A stretch of DNA of 64,000 bases, taken from Candidatus Dasytiphilus stammeri. Its GTDB lineage: Bacteria; Pseudomonadota; Gammaproteobacteria; Enterobacterales; Enterobacteriaceae. Made by a program: the position numbers and the translations under genes. Where the stretch lies: the NCBI GenBank assembly GCA_045690005.1, contig CP145881.1:495036-559035 (forward strand). Direction: 5' to 3'. The first letter of the stretch is position 1, and each line of letters starts with the position of its first letter. The notes under the pieces are model-generated. The model did not search any database, was not told the DNA's origin, and saw only the letters and a program-made list of their open reading frames with translations. Below are positions 11,149 to 21,603 of the stretch, piece after piece.

Positions 11149-11631
11149 TTAATTACTAAAAAAATGGCAAATCTTGTATAAACATAAAGTTGATATTAAA
11201 CCTGCAATTAAATCATCTAACATTACACCTAGACCTCCGTAAATATGATTATTTACCCAAGAAATAGGCCAAGGTTTTAATATATCAAAAAAACGAAATA
11301 TCAAAAAACCAATGATTAAAAACTGCCATTTATAATTAGTTAAACTAATAAAAGTAATACCTATACCTATAAATTCATCCCATACAATACTACTGTGATC
11401 ATGTTGTAATCCTAAATGTTGTTCTGTTACGTTACAAATATAAATACCATAAATCCAACCTACTAAAATCGTTAAGAAATAAATGTACCAAGAAAATAAG
11501 CTGATTATCCACCATAATGGAATTATTAAAATTGACCCTAAAGTTCCAGGAAACCATTTAATGAATCCTATTCCAAAACCAGTAGCCAGAAGATAAGAGA
11601 GTTTAATATGCCTTTTTATATAAAATTTCAT
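11149..11631 (-). CDS. pgpA: phosphatidylglycerophosphatase A
   Basis: 160 aa membrane protein, GFGIGFIKWFPGTLGS...FRFFDILKPWPI...GGLGVMLDDLIAG. Lies downstream of nusB as in E. coli, with thiL missing. Confidence 0.88.
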   Translation of the reverse strand: MKFYIKRHIKLSYLLATGFGIGFIKWFPGTLGSILIIPLWWIISLFSWYIYFLTILVGWIYGIYICNVTEQHLGLQHDHSSIVWDEFIGIGITFISLTNYKWQFLIIGFLIFRFFDILKPWPISWVNNHIYGGLGVMLDDLIAGLISTLCLYKICHFFSN

Positions 11632-11640
11632 AATAAAATT

Positions 11641-12075
11641 TTACGATAATTTAGGTAGTGTCAAACGAATTTTTTTGGCAGCATTATTTAATACCCCGTT
11701 AACAAATTTATGACTATCTTCAGCACCAAAAATTTTGGCTAATTCTATTCCTTCATTAATTACTACTTTATAGGGAATATCTTGACGTTTACTCAGTTCA
11801 TATATAGAAATGCGTAAAATAGCTTTTTCTATATTTCCAATTTCATTGATTCTACGAGTCATCAAACATGGTTGCATTAAATTATCTAGAGCAATATAGT
11901 TATCAGTAACACCTCCTATTAATTCATTAAAATATATTTGATCGACCTCTTTAAAATTAAGATTCTGTTCTTTAATAAATTGATACACTTCAGCTATTTT
12001 ATTACCTGATAGCTGCCAGCTATAAATAGCTTGGATAGCACATTCACGTGCGCGACGCCTCTTAAGAGGATTCAC
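11641..12075 (-). CDS. nusB: transcription antitermination factor NusB
   Basis: 144 aa, [20 protein letters not shown]...[15 protein letters not shown]. Part of the ribH-nusB synteny. Confidence 0.93.
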   Translation of the reverse strand: MNPLKRRRARECAIQAIYSWQLSGNKIAEVYQFIKEQNLNFKEVDQIYFNELIGGVTDNYIALDNLMQPCLMTRRINEIGNIEKAILRISIYELSKRQDIPYKVVINEGIELAKIFGAEDSHKFVNGVLNNAAKKIRLTLPKLS

Positions 12076-12093
12076 TAAATAACCTTATAATTT

Positions 12094-12561
12094 TTAAATG
12101 ATTGCTTGTAGTATATTGATCATTTCTAATGCAGAAATAGCCGCTTCAGTACCCTTGTTCCCTGCTTTAGTCCCAGAGCGTTCAATTGCCTGTTCAATAT
12201 TTTTAACAGTAAGAAGACCATAAGCAATTGGAATATTATTATTAAGAGCTATCTGAGCTATTCCAGAACTAGCCATACTACTAATATAATGAAAATTTGG
12301 TGTATTACCACGTATGACGCTTCCAAGTGCAATTATTGCATCATATTTTTTAATTTCTGCTAACCTTTTTACTACTAAGGGTAATTCATAAGCACCCGGT
12401 ACCCATACTACAGTAATTTTATCCTCTTTTATCTGTCCTAAACGTGTTAAAGTGTCTATAGCACCATTTAGTAGACTTTGATTAATGAAACGATTAAACC
12501 TAGCAATAGCAATAGCTATATTGGCATATGGAGCAATAATAGTACCTTCAATATTATTCAT
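12094..12561 (-). CDS. ribH: 6,7-dimethyl-8-ribityllumazine synthase
   Basis: 155 aa, ..[24 protein letters not shown]...[11 protein letters not shown]...GTKAGNKG. Its ATG overlaps the ribD stop (ATGA). Confidence 0.94.
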   Translation of the reverse strand: MNNIEGTIIAPYANIAIAIARFNRFINQSLLNGAIDTLTRLGQIKEDKITVVWVPGAYELPLVVKRLAEIKKYDAIIALGSVIRGNTPNFHYISSMASSGIAQIALNNNIPIAYGLLTVKNIEQAIERSGTKAGNKGTEAAISALEMINILQAII

Positions 12562-13694
12562 GATTTTCCTTCCAGATTAAATTCGAGATTAATTTTTGGA
12601 ATAAGATGTAGTCTTAGATCTGGTCCTACTTGATAAATTTCTTTTAAATCAAATTTTAATATATTAGATAATTCATTTAATTCTGGAAGATAGCAAAGAT
12701 TTCTAGCATTATTTCCTAAAATTTTAGGAGCAAGATAAAGAATGAATTCGTCAACCATACCATATTGTAATAATGCACCAGATAATTTTGCTCCAGCTTC
12801 CACCCAAATAGTATTGATTTGCTTTTGACCCAATATATACATCATCCTATTTAAATCAATATATTCTCCATTACAAGGAATGATTATTTGTTCAACTTTT
12901 GATGGAAAATGTTGCCGAGTTACCGATTTTCGCATTAGCCAAATTTTTCCACTTTCAAGCATTAATCGATGATGTGGTCTAATGCGATTCTTACTATCAA
13001 TAATAATACGTACCGGTTGACGTAATTGCTGTAAAGGATAAATTTTTTTAGTTGCTGAATCTAATTCATTCCAGCGCACTGTTAAAGCCGGATTATCTAT
13101 AAGTACAGTTGCACTACTACTAAGTATTGCAGAACTTTGTGCACGCCATATTTGGACATCAAGTCTAGCAGCTAATGATGTGATCCATTTACTTTCACCA
13201 TTGGCCATGGCAGTACGACCATCTAGTGATGCCGCTAATTTAAGTTGTAAAAAAGGTAATCCTGTTCTCATTCGTTTCAGAAAACCCTTATTTAATCGCT
13301 CTGCTTCAACTTCCATTAATCCATAATTAACTTTAATACCAGCGGCTTTAAGTTTAGCAAGACCTCGTCCGGCTACTAGCGGATTAGGATCTTGCATTGC
13401 AATAACTACCCGATGAACTCCTGCAGATATTAATGCCTCACAACAAGGAGGTGTCCGACCATAATGGTTACATGGTTCCAGAGTAACATAAACAGTGGCA
13501 GTTTTAGCTTTTTCCCCAGCCATTTGCAAAGCGTATATTTCTGCATGTGGCTTACCAGCACAAGAGTGATAACCTTCACCTACAATTGTTCCATTAAGTA
13601 CAATAACACAACCTACATTCGGATTAGGTGTGGTAGTGAATCTTCCTCGACGAGCAATTTCAAGGGCTCTCTTCATATAAAATTTATCGTCCAT
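12558..13694 (-). CDS. ribD: bifunctional riboflavin biosynthesis protein RibD (deaminase/reductase)
   Basis: 378 aa, [27 protein letters not shown]...HAEIYAL...[15 protein letters not shown]. Collinear with E. coli RibD. Confidence 0.94.
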   Translation of the reverse strand: MDDKFYMKRALEIARRGRFTTTPNPNVGCVIVLNGTIVGEGYHSCAGKPHAEIYALQMAGEKAKTATVYVTLEPCNHYGRTPPCCEALISAGVHRVVIAMQDPNPLVAGRGLAKLKAAGIKVNYGLMEVEAERLNKGFLKRMRTGLPFLQLKLAASLDGRTAMANGESKWITSLAARLDVQIWRAQSSAILSSSATVLIDNPALTVRWNELDSATKKIYPLQQLRQPVRIIIDSKNRIRPHHRLMLESGKIWLMRKSVTRQHFPSKVEQIIIPCNGEYIDLNRMMYILGQKQINTIWVEAGAKLSGALLQYGMVDEFILYLAPKILGNNARNLCYLPELNELSNILKFDLKEIYQVGPDLRLHLIPKINLEFNLEGKS

Positions 13695-13811
13695 GTAAAT
13701 TCAATATTAATCCTATAATTTTTATAAAATTTACATATAATTTACCAGCATAATCCTAATAATGAATGGATTAAGAATATCTATATAAATATCTTAACTT
13801 TCATTTCAGAA

Positions 13812-13887
13812 TGGTGCCCAGAGGTGGAATTGAACCACCGACACAGGGATTTTCAGTCCCCTGCTCTACCAACTGAGCTATCCGGGC
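13812..13887 (-). tRNA. tRNA-Phe (anticodon GAA)
   Basis: Reverse complement is GCCCGGATAGCTCAGTTGGTAGAGCAGGGGACTGAAAATCCCTGTGTCGGTGGTTCAATTCCACCTCTGGGCACCA. Cloverleaf and encoded CCA present. Confidence 0.94.
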
Positions 13888-13965
13888 ACTAATTAATGGA
13901 GTGGAGGAATTACATAGTAAATAATCAATAAAGTTAATTAGGCTATTATATATAATAAATCCTAC

Positions 13966-14289
13966 TTATTGTAATAAATTCGTGAGCCATGAGTGGTACT
14001 GTTTGTCTACATATTGTACTGTTAAGGCTAAAAGCTCAGGAGTTTCATAAGGATGCATATCTTTAAGTAATCGCATGAGTTTGTACTGGTGGATAGAATC
14101 TGTTTTTATTAGCATTTGAACTTCTTGAGTCTGTTTAATTTCTCCTTTCCAATAATATAAAGAAGTAGCATTTTTAAATTGTGTAATACAAGCGGCTAAT
14201 CGTTCGTCTAAGAATTTTTTTGACAATTTTAGTGCCCAATCCTCATTAGGAACCGTACATAATATAATAACCAATTTACTAATTTTCAT
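13966..14289 (-). CDS. cutA: divalent-cation tolerance protein CutA
   Basis: 107 aa, ..CTVPNEDWALKLSKKFLDERLAACI....SLYYWKGEI...E..MLIKT....Y.....LK..HPYE.PE. CutA1 family pattern. Confidence 0.8.
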   Translation of the reverse strand: MKISKLVIILCTVPNEDWALKLSKKFLDERLAACITQFKNATSLYYWKGEIKQTQEVQMLIKTDSIHQYKLMRLLKDMHPYETPELLALTVQYVDKQYHSWLTNLLQ

Positions 14290-14330
14290 TAGTAATACTT
14301 CCTAATTTATTTAACATATAATAATTTTAA

Positions 14331-16844
14331 TTATATCACAGGTTCAGTTACTCGTTGTAATCCAACTACGCATTCTTTCGGAGATGTACGAATTAAAACT
14401 ACCCCTTGAGTATTGCGTCCAACAACACTAACTTCGGAAACTCTAGTACGTACAAGAGTGCCAGCATTAGTAATTATCATAATTTGATCAGTACTATCTA
14501 CTTGCACGGCACTGATAACTGTTCCGTTGCGTTGAGTTACCCTAATTGAAATTACTCCTTTAGTAGCTCGTGATTTAGTGGGATATTTACTTACCGCAGT
14601 TCTTTTACCATATCCATTTTTAGTAACTGTTAGTATCTCTCCTTTTCTTTGTGGAATAATTAATGAAACTACTTTGTCACCTTTAGCTAATTTTATACCA
14701 CGTATTCCAATGGCATTTCTTCCCATTGATCTAACTTCCTGTTCCTTAAATCGAACTACTTTACCTGCTGCCGAGAATAGCATGACCTCATTATTACCAT
14801 CAGTGATATCCACCCCAATCAGTTCATCTCCTTCATTTAATTGAACAGCAATAATTCCTCTATTTCGCGGACGATTAAATTCAGTAATAGCCATTTTCTT
14901 AACTATGCCACTAGCCGTTGCCATAAATATATGGCGTCCGACTGCATATTCTATAACCGGTAAAATTGCGGTAATGCGTTCCTTATATTCTAATGGTAAA
15001 AGATTAATAATAGGACGTCCACGAGAACCACGAGTAGCTTCTGGTAATTGGTATACTTTAAGCCAGTAAATTCGGCCCATACTTGAAAAACATAAAAGAG
15101 TATCATGAGTTTTAGTAACTAACAGACGTTCAATATAATCTTCTTCTTTTATACTTGCAGCTGATTTACCTTTTCCTCCACGGCGCTGTGCTTCATATTC
15201 TGATAATCTTTGATACTTTATATATCCTTGATGTGATAAAGTAACTACCACTGTCATTTGATTAATAATATCTTCAAGGTTAATATTAGTACTATTTACC
15301 AGAATTTCTGTCTTACGCAAATCACCAAATTGATCGCTAATTAGAATCAATTCTTCACGAATAATCTCCATCAGTAATTTTGGATTTTCTAAAATTTTAA
15401 TGAAATCAATCATTTGATTCCTAAGTACTTGGTACTCCAGAATTAACTTTTCATATTCAAGAGAAGTAAGTTTTTGTAAACGCAATTCCAATATTGCTTG
15501 TGCTTGTGATTTGGTAAATTTATATATGTTTGGAAATTTTTGTGAGTTTAAATGATCTTTAATACTTATTTTTAATAGAGTTGATATAGATTCGATAACC
15601 CAATTCTTAGCTATAAGATTTTCTTGTGCTTCTCTAGGATGAGTTGCCTTGCGAATGATTTCCATCACTTTATCAATATTTACTAATGCAATGGCTAAAC
15701 CTTCTAGTATATGAGCACGTTCCCGTGTATGATGTAGATCATGAATGGTTCTTCTGGTGATAACTTCTCTACGATGATGAATAAAAGCTGCTATAATCTC
15801 TTTGAGGGTAAGCAGTTGCGGTTTGCCCTGATGTAATGCTACCATATTAATACTAAAGGATATTTGTAATGGTGTTATTGTATAAAGGTGATTGAGAACT
15901 ACTTTTCCAACACCATCCCGTTTAATTTCAATAACAATTCTCATTCCATCTTTATCGGACTCATCGCGTAATGTATTTATTCCTTCGATCTTTTTCTCTT
16001 TTACTAGTTCAGCAATTTTTTCAATTAAACGCGTTTTATTGACCTGATAAGGAATTTCACTAATAATAATAGTTTCACGTCCCGTTTTAGAATTTTTTTC
16101 TATTAGACAACGAGCACGTATTAAAATTTTGCCTTTTCCAGTACTATAGGCCTCCTCAATACCAAGATTACCATTAATCATAGCTGCGGTAGGAAAATCT
16201 GGACCTGGAATATAGTTCATCAATTCTTTGACACTAATATTTTCATTGTTAATATAGGCAATACAACCCTGAATCACTTCTGCTAAATTATGTGGTGGAA
16301 TATTGGTTGCCATACCTACGGCTATTCCAGAGACACCGTTGATTAATAGATTAGGTATTTTAGTAGGTAGTACTTCTGGAATTTGTTCATTACCATCGTA
16401 GTTTGGAACAAAGTTTACTGTATTTTTTTCTAAATCAGCCAATAATTCATGAGCAATTTTTGCCATGCGGATCTCGGTATAACGCATCGCAGCAGCCGAA
16501 TCACCATCAATAGATCCGAAATTACCTTGACCATCAATTAATATATAGCGTAAAGAAAAAGGTTGTGCCATGCGCACGATGGCATCGTATACTGCCATAT
16601 CTCCATGAGGATGATACTTACCAATTACATCTCCAACTATCCGAGCTGATTTCTTATAAGATTTATTCCAATGATTCATTAGGATATGCATGGCGTAAAG
16701 TACACGACGGTGGACTGGTTTAAGCCCATCTCGAATATCAGGTAATGCACGTCCTACAATCACCGACATAGCATAATCCAAATATGAATTTTTAAGTTCC
16801 TCTTCAATATTAATCGGTATTATTTCACTGGAAAGATTGCTCAT
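14331..16844 (-). CDS. gyrA: DNA gyrase subunit A (lacks the acidic C-terminal tail)
   Basis: 837 aa, [40 protein letters not shown]...AAAMRYTE. Ends ...LQRVTEPVI, where E. coli continues with about 35 acidic residues. Confidence 0.96.
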   Translation of the reverse strand: MSNLSSEIIPINIEEELKNSYLDYAMSVIVGRALPDIRDGLKPVHRRVLYAMHILMNHWNKSYKKSARIVGDVIGKYHPHGDMAVYDAIVRMAQPFSLRYILIDGQGNFGSIDGDSAAAMRYTEIRMAKIAHELLADLEKNTVNFVPNYDGNEQIPEVLPTKIPNLLINGVSGIAVGMATNIPPHNLAEVIQGCIAYINNENISVKELMNYIPGPDFPTAAMINGNLGIEEAYSTGKGKILIRARCLIEKNSKTGRETIIISEIPYQVNKTRLIEKIAELVKEKKIEGINTLRDESDKDGMRIVIEIKRDGVGKVVLNHLYTITPLQISFSINMVALHQGKPQLLTLKEIIAAFIHHRREVITRRTIHDLHHTRERAHILEGLAIALVNIDKVMEIIRKATHPREAQENLIAKNWVIESISTLLKISIKDHLNSQKFPNIYKFTKSQAQAILELRLQKLTSLEYEKLILEYQVLRNQMIDFIKILENPKLLMEIIREELILISDQFGDLRKTEILVNSTNINLEDIINQMTVVVTLSHQGYIKYQRLSEYEAQRRGGKGKSAASIKEEDYIERLLVTKTHDTLLCFSSMGRIYWLKVYQLPEATRGSRGRPIINLLPLEYKERITAILPVIEYAVGRHIFMATASGIVKKMAITEFNRPRNRGIIAVQLNEGDELIGVDITDGNNEVMLFSAAGKVVRFKEQEVRSMGRNAIGIRGIKLAKGDKVVSLIIPQRKGEILTVTKNGYGKRTAVSKYPTKSRATKGVISIRVTQRNGTVISAVQVDSTDQIMIITNAGTLVRTRVSEVSVVGRNTQGVVLIRTSPKECVVGLQRVTEPVI

Positions 16845-17061
16845 TAAGCCATTAATCCTCTATTTTAGATTACCTAATCTTTTGCTTTTACTATTATAAA
16901 TAATATAATGAGGTAATCATTTTATATGATATATATAATTATTAATTTTATCATATGGTAATCTATAGTTAAATAATAGTTTTTTTTAATCACCATAGAA
17001 CTAACTATCTATACAAGATACGATAATCTCAGATAGAGGATATTTTTAGGAATTAGGAATA

Positions 17062-17517
17062 GTGAAAATTTATAATGATGAATACTGGATGCAACATGCT
17101 TTAGTATTAGCTGAATATGCAAGTCAACTAGGAGAAGTTCCTATTGGTGCGATTTTAGTAAAATCAGATCGTATTATTAGTAAAGCTTGGAATTGTACTA
17201 TTAGTATTAATGATCCTACTGCTCATGCTGAAATAGTAGCTTTACGCATGGGTGGAAAAGTATTAAATAATTATCGTTTACTTAATACAATACTTTATGT
17301 AACACTTGAACCTTGTATAATGTGTACAGGAGCAATCATACATAGTAGAATTGAACGTGTAGTTTTTGGAGCTAGAGATCACCAACATGATACTTTTTTA
17401 TTACTCAGAAAAAAACTTGGCTTAAATTCTCGAATACAATTCAAAGGTGACGTCCTTGGTCATGCATGTACTGGATTATTGAAAAAATTTTTTCAGCAAC
17501 TGCGTAAAAATAAATAA
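17062..17517 (+). CDS. tadA: tRNA-specific adenosine deaminase
   Basis: 151 aa from GTG 17062 (AGGA upstream). EYWMQHALVLAEYA...PTAHAEIVALR...TLEPCIMCTGAI contains the CDA zinc motifs HAE/PCxxC. Confidence 0.9.
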   Translation: MKIYNDEYWMQHALVLAEYASQLGEVPIGAILVKSDRIISKAWNCTISINDPTAHAEIVALRMGGKVLNNYRLLNTILYVTLEPCIMCTGAIIHSRIERVVFGARDHQHDTFLLLRKKLGLNSRIQFKGDVLGHACTGLLKKFFQQLRKNK

Positions 17518-17552
17518 TTTTCTCCGAGCATAAAATTTATATAGATGATTTC

Positions 17553-18335
17553 TTAATTACTAAGTAATTTTAAGATAAGATTTACTACTTGAATATTTCC
17601 CGCAACCATATTATGGTAAATTCTCATCTGATAACATCCACTAAAATATGTGACCATCCCTCCGGCTTCACGGATTAACAATTCACCAGCACTCAAATAT
17701 AATTGATTGAAACCAATTTTCAAATAACCATCCAGACGACCTGAAGCAATATATGCTAGATCTAATGCCGTAGAACCGCTAACACGACAATCAGCACATT
17801 TACTAAATATTACTGCCATTTGTTTTAAATATTCCTGAGAATAATATTGAGGATTATTTATGAAAGAAAAATCGGTTGCTATAATCATTCCCTTTATATT
17901 TCTGATTTTACTTGTTCTAATTCGATAACCATTCAATTTGGTACCTTGACCGCGAACGGCAGTAAATAATTCATTTCGAATAAAATCATAAATCACTGCT
18001 ATCTCGGTACGTTTTTTTATAATGATAGCTATAGAAACAGCCCAATGAGGGATTTTTTTGATAAAATTAGTTATACCATCTAATGGATTTATTATCCATT
18101 GCACTTCGTTATTTTTAATTTCAAATTTAAATTGAGAATGAAGTTTAAAAGTTATCACATGTTCAGGATAACATTTATGTATAATATTAATAACTAATTC
18201 TTCAGTTTTTTTGATCATATATAAAAGATGATCAGATTGTTGAGGCTTAATTATTTCCAGATTTACGGAATTTTTATATATTAAATCTCCTGTAAGGCGC
18301 GCCGCTCGTATAGCAATGTTAAGGATTGGATGCAT
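17553..18335 (-). CDS. suhB: inositol-1-monophosphatase SuhB
   Basis: 260 aa, MHPILNIAIRAARLTGDLI... (E. coli MHPMLNIAVRAARKAGNLI). Motifs WIINPLDGITNF and GSTALDLAYIASGRLDGY. Divergent from the isc operon as in E. coli. Confidence 0.92.
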   Translation of the reverse strand: MHPILNIAIRAARLTGDLIYKNSVNLEIIKPQQSDHLLYMIKKTEELVINIIHKCYPEHVITFKLHSQFKFEIKNNEVQWIINPLDGITNFIKKIPHWAVSIAIIIKKRTEIAVIYDFIRNELFTAVRGQGTKLNGYRIRTSKIRNIKGMIIATDFSFINNPQYYSQEYLKQMAVIFSKCADCRVSGSTALDLAYIASGRLDGYLKIGFNQLYLSAGELLIREAGGMVTYFSGCYQMRIYHNMVAGNIQVVNLILKLLSN

Positions 18336-18443
18336 AACTATCTCCTGCGGTAAGTATCAATATATTTACATTCCGAAGTAAAATGATTGATTGGATGAAA
18401 TTTACACAGTTAGCATTACTTATCCATTCATAAGATTAATTAT

Positions 18444-18468
18444 ATAGTTGACTAAATTACTCAAGTAT
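18444..18468 (+). promoter_or_regulatory. IscR type-1 operator-like site overlapping a TTGACT -35 element upstream of iscR
   Basis: ATAGTTGACTAAATTACTCAAGTAT matches 24 of 25 positions of the type-1 consensus ATASYYGACTRWWWYAGTCRRSTAT as I recall it. It lies 83 nt upstream of the iscR ATG. Confidence 0.55.
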
Positions 18469-18550
18469 GAAATATTATAAATAACTAATCTAGAGTATCA
18501 TACTTTTATTGTAGCAAGACACTAAAATAGTGAAGTTTATTTAGTAAAAT

Positions 18551-19036
18551 ATGAAATTAACATCTAAAGGTCGTTATGCTGTTACCGCAATACTTGATAT
18601 TGCACTCAATTCACATAGAGGTCCCGTCTCGCTTACAGACATTTCAAAACGTCAAGGAATTTCTATTTTTTATTTACAGCAACTCTTGGCGAGATTACGA
18701 AAAAAAGGATTAGTATCAAGCATTCGTGGACCAGGTGGTGGATATCTTTTAGTAAAAGAAGTAAATGAAATTGCGGTGAGTTCAATAATTAGAGCGGTTG
18801 ATGAGTCAGTAGATGCTACTAAATGTCAAGGTAAAGAAAGTTGCCATAATGGAAAGCGATGTCTTACTCATACCTTATGGCATCATTTAAGTGAGCTTAT
18901 TAATGAATTTCTTAACAAAATTACTTTAGCGGAATTAGTGAAAAATAATCTAAGGTTTAGTATCTCTAATTCACAGGCAGTAAGAGAATCAGTTACTTTA
19001 AAAGTATCGAAAATTAATAAATTTAAAAGTAGCTAA
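18551..19036 (+). CDS. iscR: Fe-S cluster assembly transcriptional regulator IscR
   Basis: 161 aa, [60 protein letters not shown]. The three cluster-ligand Cys (C92, C98, C104) are present. Confidence 0.94.
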   Translation: MKLTSKGRYAVTAILDIALNSHRGPVSLTDISKRQGISIFYLQQLLARLRKKGLVSSIRGPGGGYLLVKEVNEIAVSSIIRAVDESVDATKCQGKESCHNGKRCLTHTLWHHLSELINEFLNKITLAELVKNNLRFSISNSQAVRESVTLKVSKINKFKSS

Positions 19037-19046
19037 CGGAGTTTTA

Positions 19047-20261
19047 ATGAAATTACCAATTTATTTAGATTATTCAGCAACAACACCAATTGACCAACGT
19101 GTAGCTGAAAAAATGATGCTTTATATGACTAATGATGGCATCTTTGGTAATGCTGCTTCAAGATCACATCGTTTTGGATGGCAAGCAGAAGAAGCGGTAG
19201 ATATAGCACGTGATCAGATTGCAGAACTAATCGGAGCCGATCCACGAGAAATTATTTTTACCTCAGGAGCTACTGAATCAGATAATCTGGCAATTAAAGG
19301 AACTGCCGGTTTTTATCAAAATAAGGGTAAACATATTATTACTAGTAAAATAGAGCATAAAGCTGTATTAGATACTTGTCGCCAGTTAGAAAGTGAAGGA
19401 TTTGAAGTTACCTATTTGTCTCCTGATAAATCAGGTATCATAGATCTAAAAATTTTAGAGAAAGCAATCCGTCACAATACTATTTTAGTATCGATTATGC
19501 ATGTTAATAATGAGATCGGAACAATACAGGATATTGCTTCAATTGGTGAATTATGTCGTCATCATAATATTTTTTATCATGTTGATGCTACCCAAAGTGT
19601 TGGTAAACTTCCAATAAATCTGAAAGAAATAAAGGTTGATCTACTGTCTTTCTCTGCACATAAAATATACGGTCCTAAAGGAATTGGTGTTTTATATGTA
19701 CGTCGAAAACCACGAGTTCGTCTAGAAGCACAAATTCACGGTGGTGGTCATGAACGAGGAATTCGTTCAGGAACTTTACCAGTCCATCAAATTGTAGGAA
19801 TGGGTGAAGCTTGTCGCATTGCAAATGAAGAGATAAACAGTGAATTTAAAAGATTAAGTAAGTTACGTAACTATCTTTTGGATGGGATTCAAAAGATTGA
19901 AGAAGTTTACTTAAATGGTTCACTTGAACATAGTGCACCAAACATTATTAATGTGAGTTTTAACTATGTAGAAGGAGAATCATTGATGATGGCTTTGAAA
20001 GATTTAGCAGTATCTTCAGGTTCAGCTTGTACTTCGGCTAGTTTAGAACCTTCTTATGTATTACGTTCCTTGGGTATTAATGATGAATTAGCACATAGCT
20101 CAATTAGATTTTCCCTAGGACGTTTTACGACAATTGAAGAAATAGATTATACAATTTCATTAGTACGTAAGTCAATTAATAGACTGCGTGAACTTTCTCC
20201 ACTTTGGGAAATGTATAAACATGGTATAGATCTTAATAGTATTAATTGGATATGTCAATAA
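19047..20261 (+). CDS. iscS: cysteine desulfurase IscS
   Basis: 404 aa (as in E. coli), [21 protein letters not shown]...[18 protein letters not shown]. Confidence 0.97.
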   Translation: MKLPIYLDYSATTPIDQRVAEKMMLYMTNDGIFGNAASRSHRFGWQAEEAVDIARDQIAELIGADPREIIFTSGATESDNLAIKGTAGFYQNKGKHIITSKIEHKAVLDTCRQLESEGFEVTYLSPDKSGIIDLKILEKAIRHNTILVSIMHVNNEIGTIQDIASIGELCRHHNIFYHVDATQSVGKLPINLKEIKVDLLSFSAHKIYGPKGIGVLYVRRKPRVRLEAQIHGGGHERGIRSGTLPVHQIVGMGEACRIANEEINSEFKRLSKLRNYLLDGIQKIEEVYLNGSLEHSAPNIINVSFNYVEGESLMMALKDLAVSSGSACTSASLEPSYVLRSLGINDELAHSSIRFSLGRFTTIEEIDYTISLVRKSINRLRELSPLWEMYKHGIDLNSINWICQ

Positions 20262-20303
20262 AGTTCATTATGTGATGAAAGTGATAGTTTAAGGGAATTA
20301 AAG

Positions 20304-20687
20304 ATGGCTTATAGTAAGAAAGTGATAGATCATTATGAAAATCCTCGTAATGTAGGATCATTTGATAACTCAGATGGTTCTGTTGGTAGCGGTATGGTAG
20401 GTGCGCCAGCATGCGGAGATGTAATGAAATTACAAATAAAAGTTAATGAGGATGGTATTATTGAAGATGCACGTTTTAAAACATATGGATGTGGTTCTGC
20501 TATTGCATCTAGTTCACTAATAACTGAATGGGTAAAAGGTAAATCATTAGAGGAAGCAGAATCTATTAAAAACCTTCAGATTGCTGAAGAATTAGACTTA
20601 CCACCAGTTAAAATTCATTGCTCTATTTTAGCAGAAGATGCTATCAAAGCCGCGATTGCTGATTATAAAGGTAAAAATAATAAATGA
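20304..20687 (+). CDS. iscU: Fe-S cluster assembly scaffold IscU
   Basis: 127 aa, MAYSKKVIDHYENPRNVGSF...GAPACGDVMKLQIKV...TYGCGSAIASSS...LPPVKIHCS. Confidence 0.97.
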   Translation: MAYSKKVIDHYENPRNVGSFDNSDGSVGSGMVGAPACGDVMKLQIKVNEDGIIEDARFKTYGCGSAIASSSLITEWVKGKSLEEAESIKNLQIAEELDLPPVKIHCSILAEDAIKAAIADYKGKNNK

Positions 20688-20718
20688 TTTTTTTCACTTT
20701 ATAAGGTAGTACTACATT

Positions 20719-21042
20719 ATGTCAATTACTTTAAGTGATAGTGCTGCTGCACATCTTCATAAAGTTTTAAATGAACGAAGCCAGTGTTTTGGTTTACGTT
20801 TGGGAGTAATTACCTCAGGTTGTTCTGGTATGGCTTATATTTTAGAATTTGTTGATGAATTACAGCCAGGAGATAATTTTATAGAAAATAAAGGTATAAA
20901 AATTTTTATCGATAAAAAAAGCTTATTGTATATCAATGGAACTGAATTAGATTTTGTAAAAGAAGGACTGAATGAAGGTTTTAAGTTTAATAATCCTAAT
21001 GTAAAATATCAATGTGGATGTGGTAAAAGTTTTAATATATAG
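20719..21042 (+). CDS. iscA: Fe-S cluster insertion protein IscA
   Basis: 107 aa, [13 protein letters not shown]...[14 protein letters not shown]...CGCGKSF. Confidence 0.95.
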   Translation: MSITLSDSAAAHLHKVLNERSQCFGLRLGVITSGCSGMAYILEFVDELQPGDNFIENKGIKIFIDKKSLLYINGTELDFVKEGLNEGFKFNNPNVKYQCGCGKSFNI

Positions 21043-21074
21043 ATGTTTGGTAGTTTTCTATTATTAGGTATTTT

Positions 21075-21590
21075 ATGAACTATTTTAAAATTTTTGGATT
21101 ACCTATTAATTTTAACATTGATAATAAACTACTAGAAGCGCGTTTTCATAATTTACAACGACAATTTCATCCTGATAGATGCCTTTTAGATTCTGAAAAT
21201 AAACTAGATAGTTTAACAAAATCCGCATTGGTGAATCAAGCTTGGAAGGTATTGAGTAATCCTCTTTTAAGAGCAGAGTATTTATTATTGCTTCATGGTT
21301 TCGATGTTAATAACGAGCAACATAATAATTTAATGGATACTAATTTTTTAAAATTACAGTTTAATTTACGTGAAGAATTACAAAATATTGAACAAAGAGC
21401 ATGTTTAAAAGAATTAAGTAAATTTATGAATCAAATTGAATTATCCATAAGCCAAATTAATTCCCAAATAGAAAAAGAAATTGAATCCCAAGATTGGGAT
21501 AAAGCTGTTCATACCTTACTTAAAATACGGATGTTTACAAGATTACGTTTTAAAATTGAAGATTTAGAAAATAAATTATTAAATTTATAA
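21075..21590 (+). CDS. hscB: co-chaperone HscB
   Basis: 171 aa with a J-domain, MNYFKIFGLP..F.ID...L..RF..LQRQFHPD. Lies between iscA and hscA. Confidence 0.93.
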   Translation: MNYFKIFGLPINFNIDNKLLEARFHNLQRQFHPDRCLLDSENKLDSLTKSALVNQAWKVLSNPLLRAEYLLLLHGFDVNNEQHNNLMDTNFLKLQFNLREELQNIEQRACLKELSKFMNQIELSISQINSQIEKEIESQDWDKAVHTLLKIRMFTRLRFKIEDLENKLLNL

Positions 21591-21603
21591 ATGGAAATAA
21601 ATT

